From assembly GCA_050331735.1 (NCBI GenBank), contig JBHJGN010000046.1, positions 1-64,000 of the forward strand: 64,000 bases of DNA. The letters are read 5' to 3'. Below are positions 10,715-21,893 of the stretch, piece after piece. Positions within the stretch are counted from its first letter, which is position 1; the number at the start of each line of letters is the position of its first letter. The notes beneath the pieces are model-generated. The model was not told the DNA's origin and made no database searches. It worked only from the letters and a program-made list of their open reading frames with translations. The DNA is from Cyanophyceae cyanobacterium. Its GTDB lineage: Bacteria > Cyanobacteriota > Cyanobacteriia > Cyanobacteriales > JBHJGN01. Both the position numbers and the translations under genes were made by a program.

Positions 10715-11707
10715 ATGAAAATTAGACCTATCAGCGCTGTACTAGGTTTAACGGCTGCGCTTGTTTACCTAAATGCCTGCGTTCCTAGCGATCCCGCCGC
10801 AAACAGTGAGGATGAAGTCGTTGCCATCAGCAACACAGACTTGGTTCAGGAGGGGCTAGCTAAAAGTGAGCAGGGAGACTATCAAGGAGCGATCGCGTCT
10901 CTCTCTAAAGCGATTGAGCTGATGCCCGAATCTGCTGAAGCCTATCTAAGCCGGGGACAGATTTATAGCGAATCCGGAAATAGCCTCGCCGCTGTCGCCG
11001 ATTTTACCCAAGCACTCAAGCTCGCTCCTGACAATGCTCAGGTATACTACAATCGCGGCATCGACTATAGCCAGCTCCAAGAAGAGGAACGGGCGATCGC
11101 TGACTTTACCCAAGCACTCAAGCTAGATACTCGTTTAACCCAAGCCTACATTAATCGAGGGACTCTCTACTTTCAGCAGGGCGAGGACGAACAGGCGCTT
11201 GCTGATTTGACTCAAGCTCTAGACATTGAGCCATCCATCGTTGCCTATTACAACCGCGGCTTAATTCACGGGCAGTTGGGCAATAACCAAGAAGCGATCG
11301 CTGATTTTACCCAAGCCATTGAACAAGATCGAGATTTTGCTCCAGCCTATGTTAATCGGGGGAATGCTTATTTTCAAAAAGGCAACAACCAAGAAGCAAT
11401 CGTCGACTTTACTAAAGCCCTCCAGCTCAATCCTGATGATGCTCTGGCGCACAACAATCTGGGATTAGTCTATTTGCAGATGGAAGAGTATCACAGGGCG
11501 CTCTCCAGCTTCACGCAGGCCATTGAGCTCGATTCTAGTTATGCTCAAGCTTACTACAATCGAGGACTAGCTCATCAGCGGCTAGGAACGAGCGCCAGAA
11601 GCGATTTCCAACAGGCAGCGACGCTCTTTTTAGAGCAAGGAATGCTGGATGCCTATCAAGAAACGCTCAGGCAAATGCGAGAAATGGAGTCTAAGCGTTC
11701 TCAGTAG
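10715..11707 (+). CDS. TPR-repeat lipoprotein
   Basis: Repeated AYYNRG...AIADFTQA units; LNAC lipobox-like signal. Confidence 0.9.
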   Translation: MKIRPISAVLGLTAALVYLNACVPSDPAANSEDEVVAISNTDLVQEGLAKSEQGDYQGAIASLSKAIELMPESAEAYLSRGQIYSESGNSLAAVADFTQALKLAPDNAQVYYNRGIDYSQLQEEERAIADFTQALKLDTRLTQAYINRGTLYFQQGEDEQALADLTQALDIEPSIVAYYNRGLIHGQLGNNQEAIADFTQAIEQDRDFAPAYVNRGNAYFQKGNNQEAIVDFTKALQLNPDDALAHNNLGLVYLQMEEYHRALSSFTQAIELDSSYAQAYYNRGLAHQRLGTSARSDFQQAATLFLEQGMLDAYQETLRQMREMESKRSQ

Positions 11708-11832
11708 CAGAGGAGACGGGTTTGACCTCTTCGTATTTTGTTGATAGTTGATTGTCTTCTGACTACTGCCAACTGCCCCTGAGCAGAAACTGGCGAGCGT
11801 TGTTTGGAGTGAACCAGCAGCGGCCAGGAATT

Positions 11833-12210
11833 TTATTCAAAGGCATCTAGATCGATGGCTTGAGAACCTCCTTGGTGCAGAAGCTTGAGCAACTTTCCGA
11901 GCTGAGACCACACCAAGTATCCGATTAAAAGAGTGAGCGGGAGAGAAACGGCATAGGATAACCAGCGAACAATGCTAAACACTTCTAAGCCAGCCGCTAG
12001 AAACACGCAAACTCCCCCACAAATTCCCAGAAACGGCACCCGCAACTCTAAAGACTTCAGCTTGTCGATGGCAGGATCGTAGGGGCTTTTCGCCCATTCC
12101 TGTACTTTCTGCTTCAGCGTGGCTTCAAAAGCTGCACCGGAGGCGATTGCAGCCAGTAAACCGACAACGAGCAGTATGTAGGGCGGTTCGGGCAAATAGT
12201 AATAATACAT
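11833..12210 (-). CDS. Conserved cyanobacterial membrane protein
   Basis: Three hydrophobic segments; PEPPY N-terminus and GGSQAIDLD C-terminus. Confidence 0.75.
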   Translation of the reverse strand: MYYYYLPEPPYILLVVGLLAAIASGAAFEATLKQKVQEWAKSPYDPAIDKLKSLELRVPFLGICGGVCVFLAAGLEVFSIVRWLSYAVSLPLTLLIGYLVWSQLGKLLKLLHQGGSQAIDLDAFE

Positions 12211-12421
12211 AAGCGGCGGTTTTTAGGAAGGATTGTGAATCGGGGTTATGATGAGTTTGCCATTTTCAGAGCAGCTTGACAAGAAAAGCGACCAAAAGCG
12301 GCGAGGAAGCTCGCTCATTGCAGAGACTAGAGGCGCATTACCTCGCTAGGGGTCGTTTCGAGGCGCAATGACTTTCCGCTGAGAAGGTGAGCCGTTGAGA
12401 CTATGGGCTCCCTCGTTTCTT

Positions 12422-14200
12422 TTAGCGATCACCATTGGCTGACGCTCGGGTCCATCCCCAGGCATCCCCAGGTCGCTCTGGCCGAACGTGCGCTGATTCT
12501 GGCGGCGGGAGAATGGCTGCGACCCCCTGAGACGAAATTTCTTGAATCGCGCTAACGGCAACATCAAGCAGTTGCCGTGGCTTCAAATCGTCTTTAATGA
12601 GAGACCATAGCCGGTGCACTTCTTCGGTATGAACGCGCTCATCTTCTGTCAGGGCCAACAGCAGCTGACGACGCAGGTACTGTCCTTCTTCCGAGAGAAG
12701 ATAGCGTAAACCCAGTCTTGCTGTTGGCATAATGTCAAACCTTTCATCCGCGCGGGCGATCGCAATCATGTTTTCGAGTCTTTGCCACTGAAATTTGCCA
12801 TCTTTAAACAATACATCCAGCAACCGTCGCCGCATCTGTGGAGATTCTCCAGTAAGCAGCCGCCGCGACACGTAGGGATAGGACACTTCCACAATTCTAA
12901 ACTGAGGGTTGAGGCTGAGAGCCAGCCCCTCTTGAGTGATGACTGAACGAATAATCAGCGCAAATTTTGCCGGAACCCGAAAGGGATATTCGTACATCAG
13001 CTCCGAAAATTCGTCAGTGATTGTTTTGAAATTGAATTCAGCAACGCTTTCGCCCACGGCTCGGCCCAACACTTGTTCCAGGGCTGGAATAATCGGCTTA
13101 ATATCTGTATTCGGAGTCAGAAAACCTAACGTAACAAAATCTTGAGCCAGAGCGTAGTAATCCTTGTTAATAAGCTGGACAACAGCACTGGCAATGGTTT
13201 CTTTGGTTGTTTCTTCTAGCTGGTCCATCATGCCGAAATCAATAAAGGCCATGCGGCCATCCGGCAGAGCAAATAAATTACCTGGATGCGGATCGGCATG
13301 AAAGAAACCATGCTCTAGAAGCTGACGCAAACCAGCCGTAACGCCGATTTTGATCAGTGCATCGGTATCTAAACCAGCGGCTTTGATGTTGGCGGTATCG
13401 GTCAACTTGAAGCCGTCGATCCACTCTAGAGTCAGCACCCGAGAGGCGCTATATGGCCAAAAGATTTCCGGAACTTTAACCTCTGGATCTCCCCGAAAGT
13501 TAGCGGCAAATTTCTCAGCATTATGGCCTTCGTGAATGTAGTCAATTTCTTCAAAAAGCTTGGTGCCAAACTCATCCACAATCAAAGACAGATCGTGTCC
13601 GAGGTTAAGCGGCAGCCAAGGTTCAAGCCAGCTTGCTGCTAAGCGCATCACGTAAAGGTCGGCAGTCAGCATGGGGCGTAGGTTGGGGCGCTGTACTTTT
13701 ACGGCCACTTCCTCCCCCGTATGCAGGAAAGCGCGATAAACCTGACCAAGGCTAGCAGCAGCAATCGGGGCGGGCGAAATCTCTCGATATAGTTCTGAAA
13801 GCGGCTGCCCTAATTCTGACTCTACAATGGCAAACGCGAGCTTTGTCTCAAAAGGAGGAAGCTGATCCTGAAGCTTGATCAGTTCGTCCAGAAAATCTTT
13901 CCGAATCAAATCGGGTCTGGTAGAAAGCGCCTGACCCACTTTAATGAACGTTGGACCGAGACGAGTGAGGATTTTTCGGAGTTGTTTAGCTCGTTTGAAC
14001 TTCTGTAACTCAGTTTGGCCTCGCCACCGATCCCACTGAAGCTTGAAAACAAACCCCCCAAAAAACCAGATAATTACAAGCGTCCGCCACAGGAATAGCC
14101 AAGGACGAGTGCGATAGTACTTTGCAATTGCCGCTGCGTCATAAGTTTTTAACGTATTCACGTCTAGCTCTTTAGCAGAAATCAGGGTAGGCTGACTCAC
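12422..14200 (-). CDS. AarF/ABC1/UbiB family atypical kinase
   Basis: GPTFIKVGQ, AAASLGQVY, VAVKVQRP, FFHADPHPGN, DFGMM. Confidence 0.94.
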   Translation of the reverse strand: MSQPTLISAKELDVNTLKTYDAAAIAKYYRTRPWLFLWRTLVIIWFFGGFVFKLQWDRWRGQTELQKFKRAKQLRKILTRLGPTFIKVGQALSTRPDLIRKDFLDELIKLQDQLPPFETKLAFAIVESELGQPLSELYREISPAPIAAASLGQVYRAFLHTGEEVAVKVQRPNLRPMLTADLYVMRLAASWLEPWLPLNLGHDLSLIVDEFGTKLFEEIDYIHEGHNAEKFAANFRGDPEVKVPEIFWPYSASRVLTLEWIDGFKLTDTANIKAAGLDTDALIKIGVTAGLRQLLEHGFFHADPHPGNLFALPDGRMAFIDFGMMDQLEETTKETIASAVVQLINKDYYALAQDFVTLGFLTPNTDIKPIIPALEQVLGRAVGESVAEFNFKTITDEFSELMYEYPFRVPAKFALIIRSVITQEGLALSLNPQFRIVEVSYPYVSRRLLTGESPQMRRRLLDVLFKDGKFQWQRLENMIAIARADERFDIMPTARLGLRYLLSEEGQYLRRQLLLALTEDERVHTEEVHRLWSLIKDDLKPRQLLDVAVSAIQEISSQGVAAILPPPESAHVRPERPGDAWGWTRASANGDR

Positions 14201-14250
14201 GAGCTCTTTTGCCTCTTTAGTTAAATTTTGGTTGATCAGGATTAATTACA

Positions 14251-14264
14251 GTATACAAAAATAC
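14251..14264. promoter_or_regulatory. Possible NtcA box upstream of the ABC1 kinase gene
   Basis: GTA-TACAAAAA-TAC fits GTA-N8-TAC with an A-rich spacer; it overlaps a TATACT -10-like hexamer on the minus strand. Confidence 0.35.
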
Positions 14265-14421
14265 ATATTACTCAAACTACTATTATTTCTTAGTTGTGAA
14301 CCTGACGCAAGCCCCTCTCGAGCCGCGTTGCTTGAAGCCTGCGGACGGGGTGCAGGGTCGCACTGCTTCTGACTCCTGCCCTCATCCCGTCACAGTTAAC
14401 CTTTGCCCGTACCTGCGGCAC

Positions 14422-15192
14422 TTATGAGGCTACCGCGACTTTCAGCATCTGTTCAGGAGTCAAATGGGGATAAATTACTTGACCGTCGCGGAACCAGATG
14501 ATTCGCTGGGTTAACCGTGCTACCTCTGATTCGTGGGTCACCATCACAACGGTAATGCCGCTGTCGTGCAGTTCGTGGAAGATGTCTAAAATTTCTCGAG
14601 TCGTATGAGAATCTAGCGCCCCAGTCGGTTCGTCTGCGAGTAACAGAACCGGATTGTTAACGATAGCGCGGGCGATCGCCACTCGCTGCTGCTGTCCGCC
14701 AGATAGCTGATTGGGCTTATTGAACAGACGATTGGCCAAGCCAACTTTACTGAGGGCATCTGAGGCGCGATCGCGGCGTTCTTGGGATGGGATACCAGCA
14801 TAGATCATCGGCAGCATCACGTTTTCTAGCGCCGTCATCTGAGGCAAGAGGTGAAACTGTTGAAACACAAAGCCGATTTTTAGGCTACGGATGTGAGCAA
14901 GTTCTCGGTCCGGTAGCTGAGAAACGTCTGCATTTTCTAAGTAATAGCGTCCTGACGACGGTCGATCGAGACAGCCGATAATATTCATGACCGTAGATTT
15001 CCCCGATCCAGAGGCTCCCATGATCGCACAATATTCACCTTGAGCGACGGTCAAACTAACCTCAGAAAGCGCATGTACTGCTGTATTACCACTGCCATAA
15101 GTTTTGTTGACCTCTTCTAAGCGGACAATCACCGGTTTGTAGGGCAAGTTGTTGTCAGTCTGAGTCAAGATCGCAGAGTGATTGGAGGACAT
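14422..15192 (-). CDS. ABC transporter ATP-binding protein (LolD/MacB-like)
   Basis: [33 protein letters not shown]. Confidence 0.93.
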   Translation of the reverse strand: MSSNHSAILTQTDNNLPYKPVIVRLEEVNKTYGSGNTAVHALSEVSLTVAQGEYCAIMGASGSGKSTVMNIIGCLDRPSSGRYYLENADVSQLPDRELAHIRSLKIGFVFQQFHLLPQMTALENVMLPMIYAGIPSQERRDRASDALSKVGLANRLFNKPNQLSGGQQQRVAIARAIVNNPVLLLADEPTGALDSHTTREILDIFHELHDSGITVVMVTHESEVARLTQRIIWFRDGQVIYPHLTPEQMLKVAVAS

Positions 15193-15714
15193 GCGTTATT
15201 ACTCTTGAGGTTATCTATCTATCATAGTGGCAACTTTTTGCCCCATTCGCTTTTTTCAAGTCTGGAGTTACTTCGTAGCTTGATCAGCCCCATTTAGTTG
15301 AGGAGAGATAAAGCATCAACGTCTGGTTAATCGATTGATTTCTGAATGACACGTCCGCAGGTATTTCGTACAGCCGCAGCAAGGAAGTTCAAAGCTGGAT
15401 GGAAAAAATCCGGTTTTAGCAAGCTGACAAACAATGATTTTGGGCCTATGGAAATTGTTGATCTAACCGACAAGGGCAGACTGTATTTTTGTAGCCGTGA
15501 TTTCGACGAACCGCTCTTTCTTCCAAAATAGGCTACTTCCGCTCAGTGTCTGTTGAATCAATCTTCCCCCTTCATTTCCCAAAAAGTAACAATGTTTTTT
15601 TCCAAAATCTAAAAGCTTAATTATATAAAAGGCTTCTTGTCAACGGGCACACAAGTTTATCACATTTAAAAGTTATCCTAAGTTTCAACAGTAGCTCTAT
15701 ATCTAGACGGTACG

Positions 15715-15975
15715 ATGACTTTAAATAATACTCCTTTAATGTATTGCTACCACCACAACCTGACTAGCCAAATTCAACGGCTCCGGATTGCCAGTGCCGA
15801 TCGCCAGCTAGAAAAAATCGTCTTTCCTAACCAACGGATTATTTTTACGGCTTTTCCTAATGCGGTTTTAGAAATATACGGTGGCGGCAAAGTTAATCCT
15901 GGTTGTGCTCAGGTTATTGCCTGTAAGCAGCTTAGAGTTCAAGAAGCTGAAACGAGCAACATGATTGTGGCCTAA
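15715..15975 (+). CDS. DUF1830-like cyanobacterial protein
   Basis: N.TSQIQ.LRI...LEKIVFP.QR..F.A.P.A.LEIY pattern, recalled from DUF1830. Confidence 0.75.
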   Translation: MTLNNTPLMYCYHHNLTSQIQRLRIASADRQLEKIVFPNQRIIFTAFPNAVLEIYGGGKVNPGCAQVIACKQLRVQEAETSNMIVA

Positions 15976-16041
15976 CTCTAAACATCTTTTGATCCTTTAT
16001 ATTTTTTAATAGCTTTATTGAGAAACTTCGGTGGCAAAAAG

Positions 16042-16365
16042 ATGAATACCAAAATGATCTGCTTGACTATACCGGATTTAGTTAAAGAAATTGAAAATGT
16101 TTTAGAAGATTTTCCCGAAGACTTCTATCAGTTAGCTTCGTCTTGCCCTAATGCTCATCATCAACTGCTGATTAGCGTTATTAAACGCCTGCCAAGCTGT
16201 TATTTATCAAAAAGCCCAGGAACAATTTGTTTCTCGTTGCGAGACGTATATCTTAGCGATTTAATTCGCCAGAGTCTTTTTCAGTTTCGCTATGAGGCTT
16301 TATTTGAGCGCTCCCCATCAGCAAAAGAAACGGAATTTTCACAGCAATGCGCTGCGGTCTGTTGA
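16042..16365 (+). CDS. Divergent ComFB-like protein
   Basis: LT...V.EIE.VLE.FP...YQ pattern resembles cyanobacterial ComFB-family N-termini; weak match. Confidence 0.45.
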   Translation: MNTKMICLTIPDLVKEIENVLEDFPEDFYQLASSCPNAHHQLLISVIKRLPSCYLSKSPGTICFSLRDVYLSDLIRQSLFQFRYEALFERSPSAKETEFSQQCAAVC

Positions 16366-16386
16366 GCTTGCTCAACCTTCAACCAG

Positions 16387-16415
16387 AAAAGCTCCCTATT
16401 GCTAGAGAGCTTTTT
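16387..16415. terminator. Probable bidirectional intrinsic terminator
   Basis: AAAAGCTC...GAGCTTTTT between convergent genes. Confidence 0.65.
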
Positions 16416-16448
16416 ATTTTATATCACTTACAGGTATTAGAGACTTCG

Positions 16449-18452
16449 TTAACTCAGTAATGCTGTGGCTTTAGACACAACATTTTCAACCGTAAATCCA
16501 AACTGCTCTAAACACACTTTGCCTGGAGCAGACGCACCGAAGCGGTTAACGCCAATTGTGATGCCCTCGTCACCAACGTAACGACACCAGCCCATGGTGG
16601 TGCCGGCTTCTACAGAAACACGCTTTTTCACGGCAGCGGGCAGAACCGATTCGCGGTAGCCCTCGTCCTGCCTGTCAAATATTTCCCAGGAGGGCATAGA
16701 GACAACGCGGACTTGTTTGCCCTCGCTGCGCAGTTGCTCAGCGGCTTGGACGCACAGGTGAGTTTCGCTTCCTGTCCCGATCAAAATGAGCTCGGGAGTG
16801 CCGTCGCTGTCGCTGAGGATATATCCGCCCTTCTGGACATTTTCAATGGAGGAACCAGCCAAATTAGGCAAGCCTTGCCGCGATAGACCAATCACCGTCG
16901 GTCCATTCCGATGGTCAATGGCAAACTTATAGGCCCCGGAGGTTTCATTGCCATCGGCGGGGCGAATGACCACAACTTCCGGGATGGCGCGGAGAGCAGC
17001 AAAATGTTCGATTGATTGGTGCGTTGGACCATCTTCACCCAGCGCAATAGAGTCGTGAGTCATGATGTAGAGAACGCCAGCGCGAGATAGGCAGGAGAGT
17101 CGAATTGCCCCCCGCATGTAGTCGGTAAAGGTTAAAAAGGTAGCGCAGAAAGGAATTAAGCCTCCGTGGGTTGCTAACCCATTGCAGATAGCCCCCATCC
17201 CGTGTTCGCGGACGCCAAACCAGAGGTTACGGTTTTCGTAAGCCCCTTTTTGAAAACTACCGGAGGATTTAATTTGAGTTTTATTAGAAGAAGAGAGGTC
17301 TGCCGAACCGCCGAACAGTTGTGGAATAGCATCGGCGATCGCATTGAGGCACTTACCGGAGTGGTTGCGAGTGGCATCGGCTTTATCTTCGGGGGTATAG
17401 GTCGGCAGGCACTGCTCCCAATTCTCAGGGAGCTTCTTGCTCCACATCTGCTCTAGGGTTGCGGCTTCTTCTGGGTAGTTTTCTTGGTACGACGTATAAA
17501 GCTGATTCCACTCCTTTTCATAGTTCACGCCGCGCTCAATGGCTTTTCGCCAGTGATTGAGGGCATCTTCAGGAATTTCAAACGGCCCGTAGTTCCAGCC
17601 CAAATTGTCCCGCGTCGCCTGCACCTCATCAGCCCCTAGGGCGGCACCGTGGGCGGTATGGGTGTTAGCTTTGTTAGGGGAACCGTAGCCCAGGACGGTT
17701 CGCACACAAATCAGAGAAGGTTTTCCACTTTCCTGTTTAGCGTTCTCAATGGCTTGGTGAATGCCGTCAAGATCCGTGTTGCCGTCTTCAACCTTTTGGA
17801 CGTGCCAGCCGTACGCCTCGAATCGCTTCGCCACATCTTCGGTAAACGCCATGTTGGTTTCGCCATCGAGGGAAATTAAATTATCGTCGTAGAGGACGAT
17901 TAGCTTGCCTAATCCCCAGTGTCCTGCTAAAGAACAGGCTTCTGACGCTACGCCTTCCATCATGTCGCCATCGCTAGCAATTGCGTAGGTATAGTGGTCG
18001 AAAATCGGAAAGTCCGGCTTATTGAAGCGAGCCGCCAAGTGGGCTTCGCCAGCAGCAATGCCTACAGCGTTAGAAATCCCCTGGCCGAGCGGACCCGTCG
18101 TTACTTCTACTCCGTCGGTCATAAAATCTTCTGGGTGTCCTGGCGTTTTCGATTCCCACTGCCGGAACTGCTTGAGGTCTTCTAAGGTCATGTCCTCGTA
18201 GCCAGTAAGGTAGAGCAGCGCGTACTGCAACATACTGCCGTGTCCGGCGGAGAGCACAAAGCGATCGCGGTTATGCCAGCCGGGATTTTTGGGGTTAAAG
18301 TGCAGAAAGCGGTCCCAAAGCACAAACGCCATAGGAGCTGCGCCCATGGGCAGCCCCGGATGACCAGATTTTGCCTTTTCGACAGCATCAATCGCCAGAA
18401 AGCGAATGGAGTTAATACAAAGTTCTTCGAGTGACTGGGTGGCAACAACCAT
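16449..18452 (-). CDS. tkt: Transketolase
   Basis: [39 protein letters not shown]. Confidence 0.97.
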   Translation of the reverse strand: MVVATQSLEELCINSIRFLAIDAVEKAKSGHPGLPMGAAPMAFVLWDRFLHFNPKNPGWHNRDRFVLSAGHGSMLQYALLYLTGYEDMTLEDLKQFRQWESKTPGHPEDFMTDGVEVTTGPLGQGISNAVGIAAGEAHLAARFNKPDFPIFDHYTYAIASDGDMMEGVASEACSLAGHWGLGKLIVLYDDNLISLDGETNMAFTEDVAKRFEAYGWHVQKVEDGNTDLDGIHQAIENAKQESGKPSLICVRTVLGYGSPNKANTHTAHGAALGADEVQATRDNLGWNYGPFEIPEDALNHWRKAIERGVNYEKEWNQLYTSYQENYPEEAATLEQMWSKKLPENWEQCLPTYTPEDKADATRNHSGKCLNAIADAIPQLFGGSADLSSSNKTQIKSSGSFQKGAYENRNLWFGVREHGMGAICNGLATHGGLIPFCATFLTFTDYMRGAIRLSCLSRAGVLYIMTHDSIALGEDGPTHQSIEHFAALRAIPEVVVIRPADGNETSGAYKFAIDHRNGPTVIGLSRQGLPNLAGSSIENVQKGGYILSDSDGTPELILIGTGSETHLCVQAAEQLRSEGKQVRVVSMPSWEIFDRQDEGYRESVLPAAVKKRVSVEAGTTMGWCRYVGDEGITIGVNRFGASAPGKVCLEQFGFTVENVVSKATALLS

Positions 18453-18689
18453 AAGTTTTTTTGAGAATGAACGACGATACCAAATTAATTAACCTTGTTT
18501 GCTGTGGTTATCCCAAGGCTCAGTTTCATCATCCCATTGTTGGGGAGTAATGAGCAAGCGGTCTAAACCGAGCGTTATGCACGGAATTTCGCCTGCCCGA
18601 GCCTTTTTCTGACTCTCTTTCCCTTGGGCTTCATCAATTCGCCTCCGCGAGAGCTGCTCGTTTTCAAAACAAATTCGTTGGCGAATTTA

Positions 18690-19931
18690 TTAACGATACT
18701 TTTTAAAGGCTAAGGTGACGTTATGACCGCCAAAGCCAAAGGAATTTGATAAGGCAACATCGACAGTTTGAGAGCGGCTGTGATTCGGGACGTAATCAAG
18801 ATCGCACTCGGGATCGGGGTCTACAAGATTAATAGTCGGGGGAATCTGGTTGGTTGCGATCGCCATAATGGTTGCAACGGCTTCAATCCCTCCGGAGCCC
18901 CCGAGAAGATGCCCTGTCATAGATTTTGTGGAGCTAATCGCTATTTTCCCCGCTGCCTGGCCCAGCGCTTTTTTGATAGCTTTTGTTTCCATCACGTCGT
19001 TGGCTGCTGTACTGGTGCCGTGGGCGTTAATGTAGTCGATTTCTGCGCTTGCCAGAGCCGCATCTTTAAGAGCGAGCTCGATTGCCCGGGCAGCCCCTTG
19101 GCCATCGGGGACTGGAGCCGTCATATGGTAGGCATCACAGGTCATGCCATAGCCGACCAGTTCGCCGTAGATTTTGGCTCCCCGTGCTTGCGCTTGGGCT
19201 AACTCTTCAAGGAGCAATAGGCCGGCGCCTTCTCCAATGATAAACCCGTCGCGATCGCGATCAAAGGGTCGAGAGGCATGACTCGGGTCGTCGTTGCGGG
19301 TAGACAGAGCCTTCATCGATGAGAATCCAGCGACGCTTAAAGGAGTGACGGCTGCCTCGGTTCCGCCACACAGCATGGCTTGCGCGTATCCCCGCTGAAT
19401 GAGGCGAAAGGCTTCGCCGATGGCGTGGGAACCAGCAGCACAGGCCGTCACGGTACAGAGGTTTGGCCCTCTCGCCCCCGTATGAATGGCTGTCAGTCCG
19501 GCTGCCATGTTGGCAATCATCATCGGAATCATAAAGGGACTACAGCGGCTGGGACCGCGGGTGAGATAAACTTCCTGCTGGTCTTCTAGTACTTTAATGC
19601 CTCCGACTCCTGTCCCGATAATCACGCCGATGCGATCAGCGTTGAGATCGTCGATGACTAACCCCGCATCGCTCAAAGCTTGCTTGCTAGCGGCTACCGC
19701 AAACTGAGCAAACCGATCCGTTCGCTTGGCTTCTTTGCGCTCCATATACTGATGCGGATCAAATCCTTTGACTTCTCCGGCGATTTGACTAGCATGCCGG
19801 GAAGCGTCAAATAAAGTAATGGGACCAATGCCGTTTTGCCCGCTGAGCAGACCTTCCCAGTACTGAGTCAGATCGTTTCCCAACGGCGTTACCGCACCCA
19901 GACCCGTTACCACAACACGTTTTAGCTGCAT
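18690..19931 (-). CDS. fabF: Beta-ketoacyl-ACP synthase II
   Basis: TACAAG, INAHGTST, KSMTGHLLG, NSFGFGGHN; downstream of acpP. Confidence 0.96.
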   Translation of the reverse strand: MQLKRVVVTGLGAVTPLGNDLTQYWEGLLSGQNGIGPITLFDASRHASQIAGEVKGFDPHQYMERKEAKRTDRFAQFAVAASKQALSDAGLVIDDLNADRIGVIIGTGVGGIKVLEDQQEVYLTRGPSRCSPFMIPMMIANMAAGLTAIHTGARGPNLCTVTACAAGSHAIGEAFRLIQRGYAQAMLCGGTEAAVTPLSVAGFSSMKALSTRNDDPSHASRPFDRDRDGFIIGEGAGLLLLEELAQAQARGAKIYGELVGYGMTCDAYHMTAPVPDGQGAARAIELALKDAALASAEIDYINAHGTSTAANDVMETKAIKKALGQAAGKIAISSTKSMTGHLLGGSGGIEAVATIMAIATNQIPPTINLVDPDPECDLDYVPNHSRSQTVDVALSNSFGFGGHNVTLAFKKYR

Positions 19932-20002
19932 TGCTACGGTCCTAAATTTGTAAGGCTTGTTTGAGCAAGCCCTGTAACAGTAACTGAATGGCTCCGCTGC
20001 GC

Positions 20003-20251
20003 TTAGGCTGGAGTCTCAACTTTTTCACTAATGTGTTCAACCGCTTTGCCGACCGTATCAATTTGCTCGGCTGCTTCATCGGGAATTTCGATATCAAATT
20101 CTTCTTCTAAAGCCATGACGAGTTCGACAACATCTAGGGAGTCAGCTCCTAAATCGTTCGCAAAATTCGATTCAGGCTTGATTTCTCCCGGCTCGACTTC
20201 TAGCTGTTCAGCAACAATTTTCTTAACTCGGTCAAAGATTTCTTGATTCAT
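20003..20251 (-). CDS. acpP: Acyl carrier protein
   Basis: [20 protein letters not shown]. Confidence 0.97.
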   Translation of the reverse strand: MNQEIFDRVKKIVAEQLEVEPGEIKPESNFANDLGADSLDVVELVMALEEEFDIEIPDEAAEQIDTVGKAVEHISEKVETPA

Positions 20252-20559
20252 TACTCTCAATTACCGCTAGTAGTTATTAGTTGAGTTAGAAAGAAGCGGG
20301 GCGGCTTGTACCGCTTCTTCGATTGGCAGTGCATCTATAAAGCATTTTCCATTCTATCTGAAAGCGCAAGACCAACAAAAAGATTCATAGTCGCTTCTTT
20401 AACTGGCACTGCTTATGAGAGGGAAAAAGGGGAAGGGTGAACGGGAAATTTGAAGCCAATTTTTATTCTTGAATGGCCGAACCCCGAACTTTGAGCAGAG
20501 ACCCTTTACACTGGATGATAGTAAAAGGGCTACTCATTGAAAAGAACAGGGCGAAATTT

Positions 20560-21462
20560 ATGTCTGCTGAGAGACTCAGGTACGCTTATTTTCCAGGATG
20601 TGTGGCGCAAGGAGCCTGCCGGGAACTTTACTTATCGACGGCAGAACTAGCGCGATCGCTTGATATTGAACTCGTAGAGCTTAAGCAGGCTGCTTGTTGT
20701 GGATCGGGTACCTACAAAGAAGATTCGCAGATGTTAGAAGATACGGTGAATGCTCGCAACATTGCCCTAGCTGAGTCTCTCAATTTACCTCTTTTGACTC
20801 ATTGCAGTACCTGTCAAGGAGTCCTCGGACACGTGGACGAGCGCTTGAAAAATTTTCAACAAAACAATCCTGATTACGTATCTCAAATTAACAGCCTACT
20901 TCAACAGGAACACTGTTCTCCCTATCAAGGCAGTACCGAGGTTAAACACTTACTGTGGGCGCTAGTTAGCGACTACGGACTAGAATCTCTAGCAAAACAG
21001 GTTACCCGTAAACTGGCAGGACTTAACTGTGCTGCCTTTTATGGCTGTTATTTACTCAGAGCACACACATTATCCTACGACGACCCGCTCAATCCAACGT
21101 CGATGGAAGATGTGTTTTGTGCCGTTGGTGCGACCCCAATCCAGTACCGAGGACGCACTCAGTGCTGCGGCTGGCCTCTATCAAGCTACGCACCTGAACA
21201 GTCGTTTCGCATGGCCGGAACCCACATTCAGGAGGCGATTGTCGCTGGGGCAGACTGTCTTGTGACTCCTTGCCCGCTGTGCCATCTCAACCTAGATTCT
21301 CGACAGCCAGAGGTGGAAAAAGTCATCAAACGACCATTGGGCTTGCCGATACTCCATCTGTCTCAGCTTGTCGCTCTTGCTTTGGGAGTCCCGCCAGAGA
21401 AATTGGGATTAAATCGCCACGTTGTTTCCACCCGTCCTGTTTTGGCTAAATTGGGATTTTAG
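20560..21462 (+). CDS. Heterodisulfide reductase subunit B-like (CCG domain) protein
   Basis: YFPGC, ACCG, FYGC, QCCG and TPCPLCHLNLD motifs. Confidence 0.88.
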   Translation: MSAERLRYAYFPGCVAQGACRELYLSTAELARSLDIELVELKQAACCGSGTYKEDSQMLEDTVNARNIALAESLNLPLLTHCSTCQGVLGHVDERLKNFQQNNPDYVSQINSLLQQEHCSPYQGSTEVKHLLWALVSDYGLESLAKQVTRKLAGLNCAAFYGCYLLRAHTLSYDDPLNPTSMEDVFCAVGATPIQYRGRTQCCGWPLSSYAPEQSFRMAGTHIQEAIVAGADCLVTPCPLCHLNLDSRQPEVEKVIKRPLGLPILHLSQLVALALGVPPEKLGLNRHVVSTRPVLAKLGF

Positions 21463-21478
21463 AGACCGAGCGAACAGT

Positions 21479-21757
21479 ATGCAAGAATCGTCGAGCGTTG
21501 AGGTGCTTATTTCTGGGCGAGTTCAGGGAGTGGGCTATCGAGCGGCCACTGTAGAACAGGCCAGCAGTTTAGGCGTGAACGGCTGGGTGACAAATCTTTC
21601 CAGCGGACAGGTTAAAGCCGTTTTTGAAGGGCCCAAACCAGCCGTTGAGCAGATGATTGCCTGGTGCCATACTGGACCGCCGGCGGCAGCAGTCGAAGCG
21701 ATCGCCGTCAATGCTTCAGCATGGCAGGATATTCAGGGGTTTGAGATTCGCTCCTGA
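21479..21757 (+). CDS. acyP: Acylphosphatase
   Basis: GRVQGVGYR, GWVTN, GPPAA. Confidence 0.92.
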   Translation: MQESSSVEVLISGRVQGVGYRAATVEQASSLGVNGWVTNLSSGQVKAVFEGPKPAVEQMIAWCHTGPPAAAVEAIAVNASAWQDIQGFEIRS

Positions 21758-21845
21758 ATCAAGAAGATGGGGAAAGGATGTAGGACTAAAGAATAAGCCA
21801 ATTTATTCTCCTTTGCCCTGCGCCTGGGTTGCTTCCCCTTCTCCC

Positions 21846-21893
21846 GTTGCGGAGCAACTTTCTCCCTTGGCCCCTTCCCCGTCGCGAAGCGAC
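21846..21893. repeat. Two 13-nt mini-hairpins in pyrimidine tracts
   Basis: GTTGC-GGA-GCAAC 21846 and GTCGC-GAA-GCGAC 21881, each preceded by CCC and followed by TT. Confidence 0.75.

Noticed and set aside
15346..15531. 61-aa ORF
   Set aside because: No motif or clear RBS.
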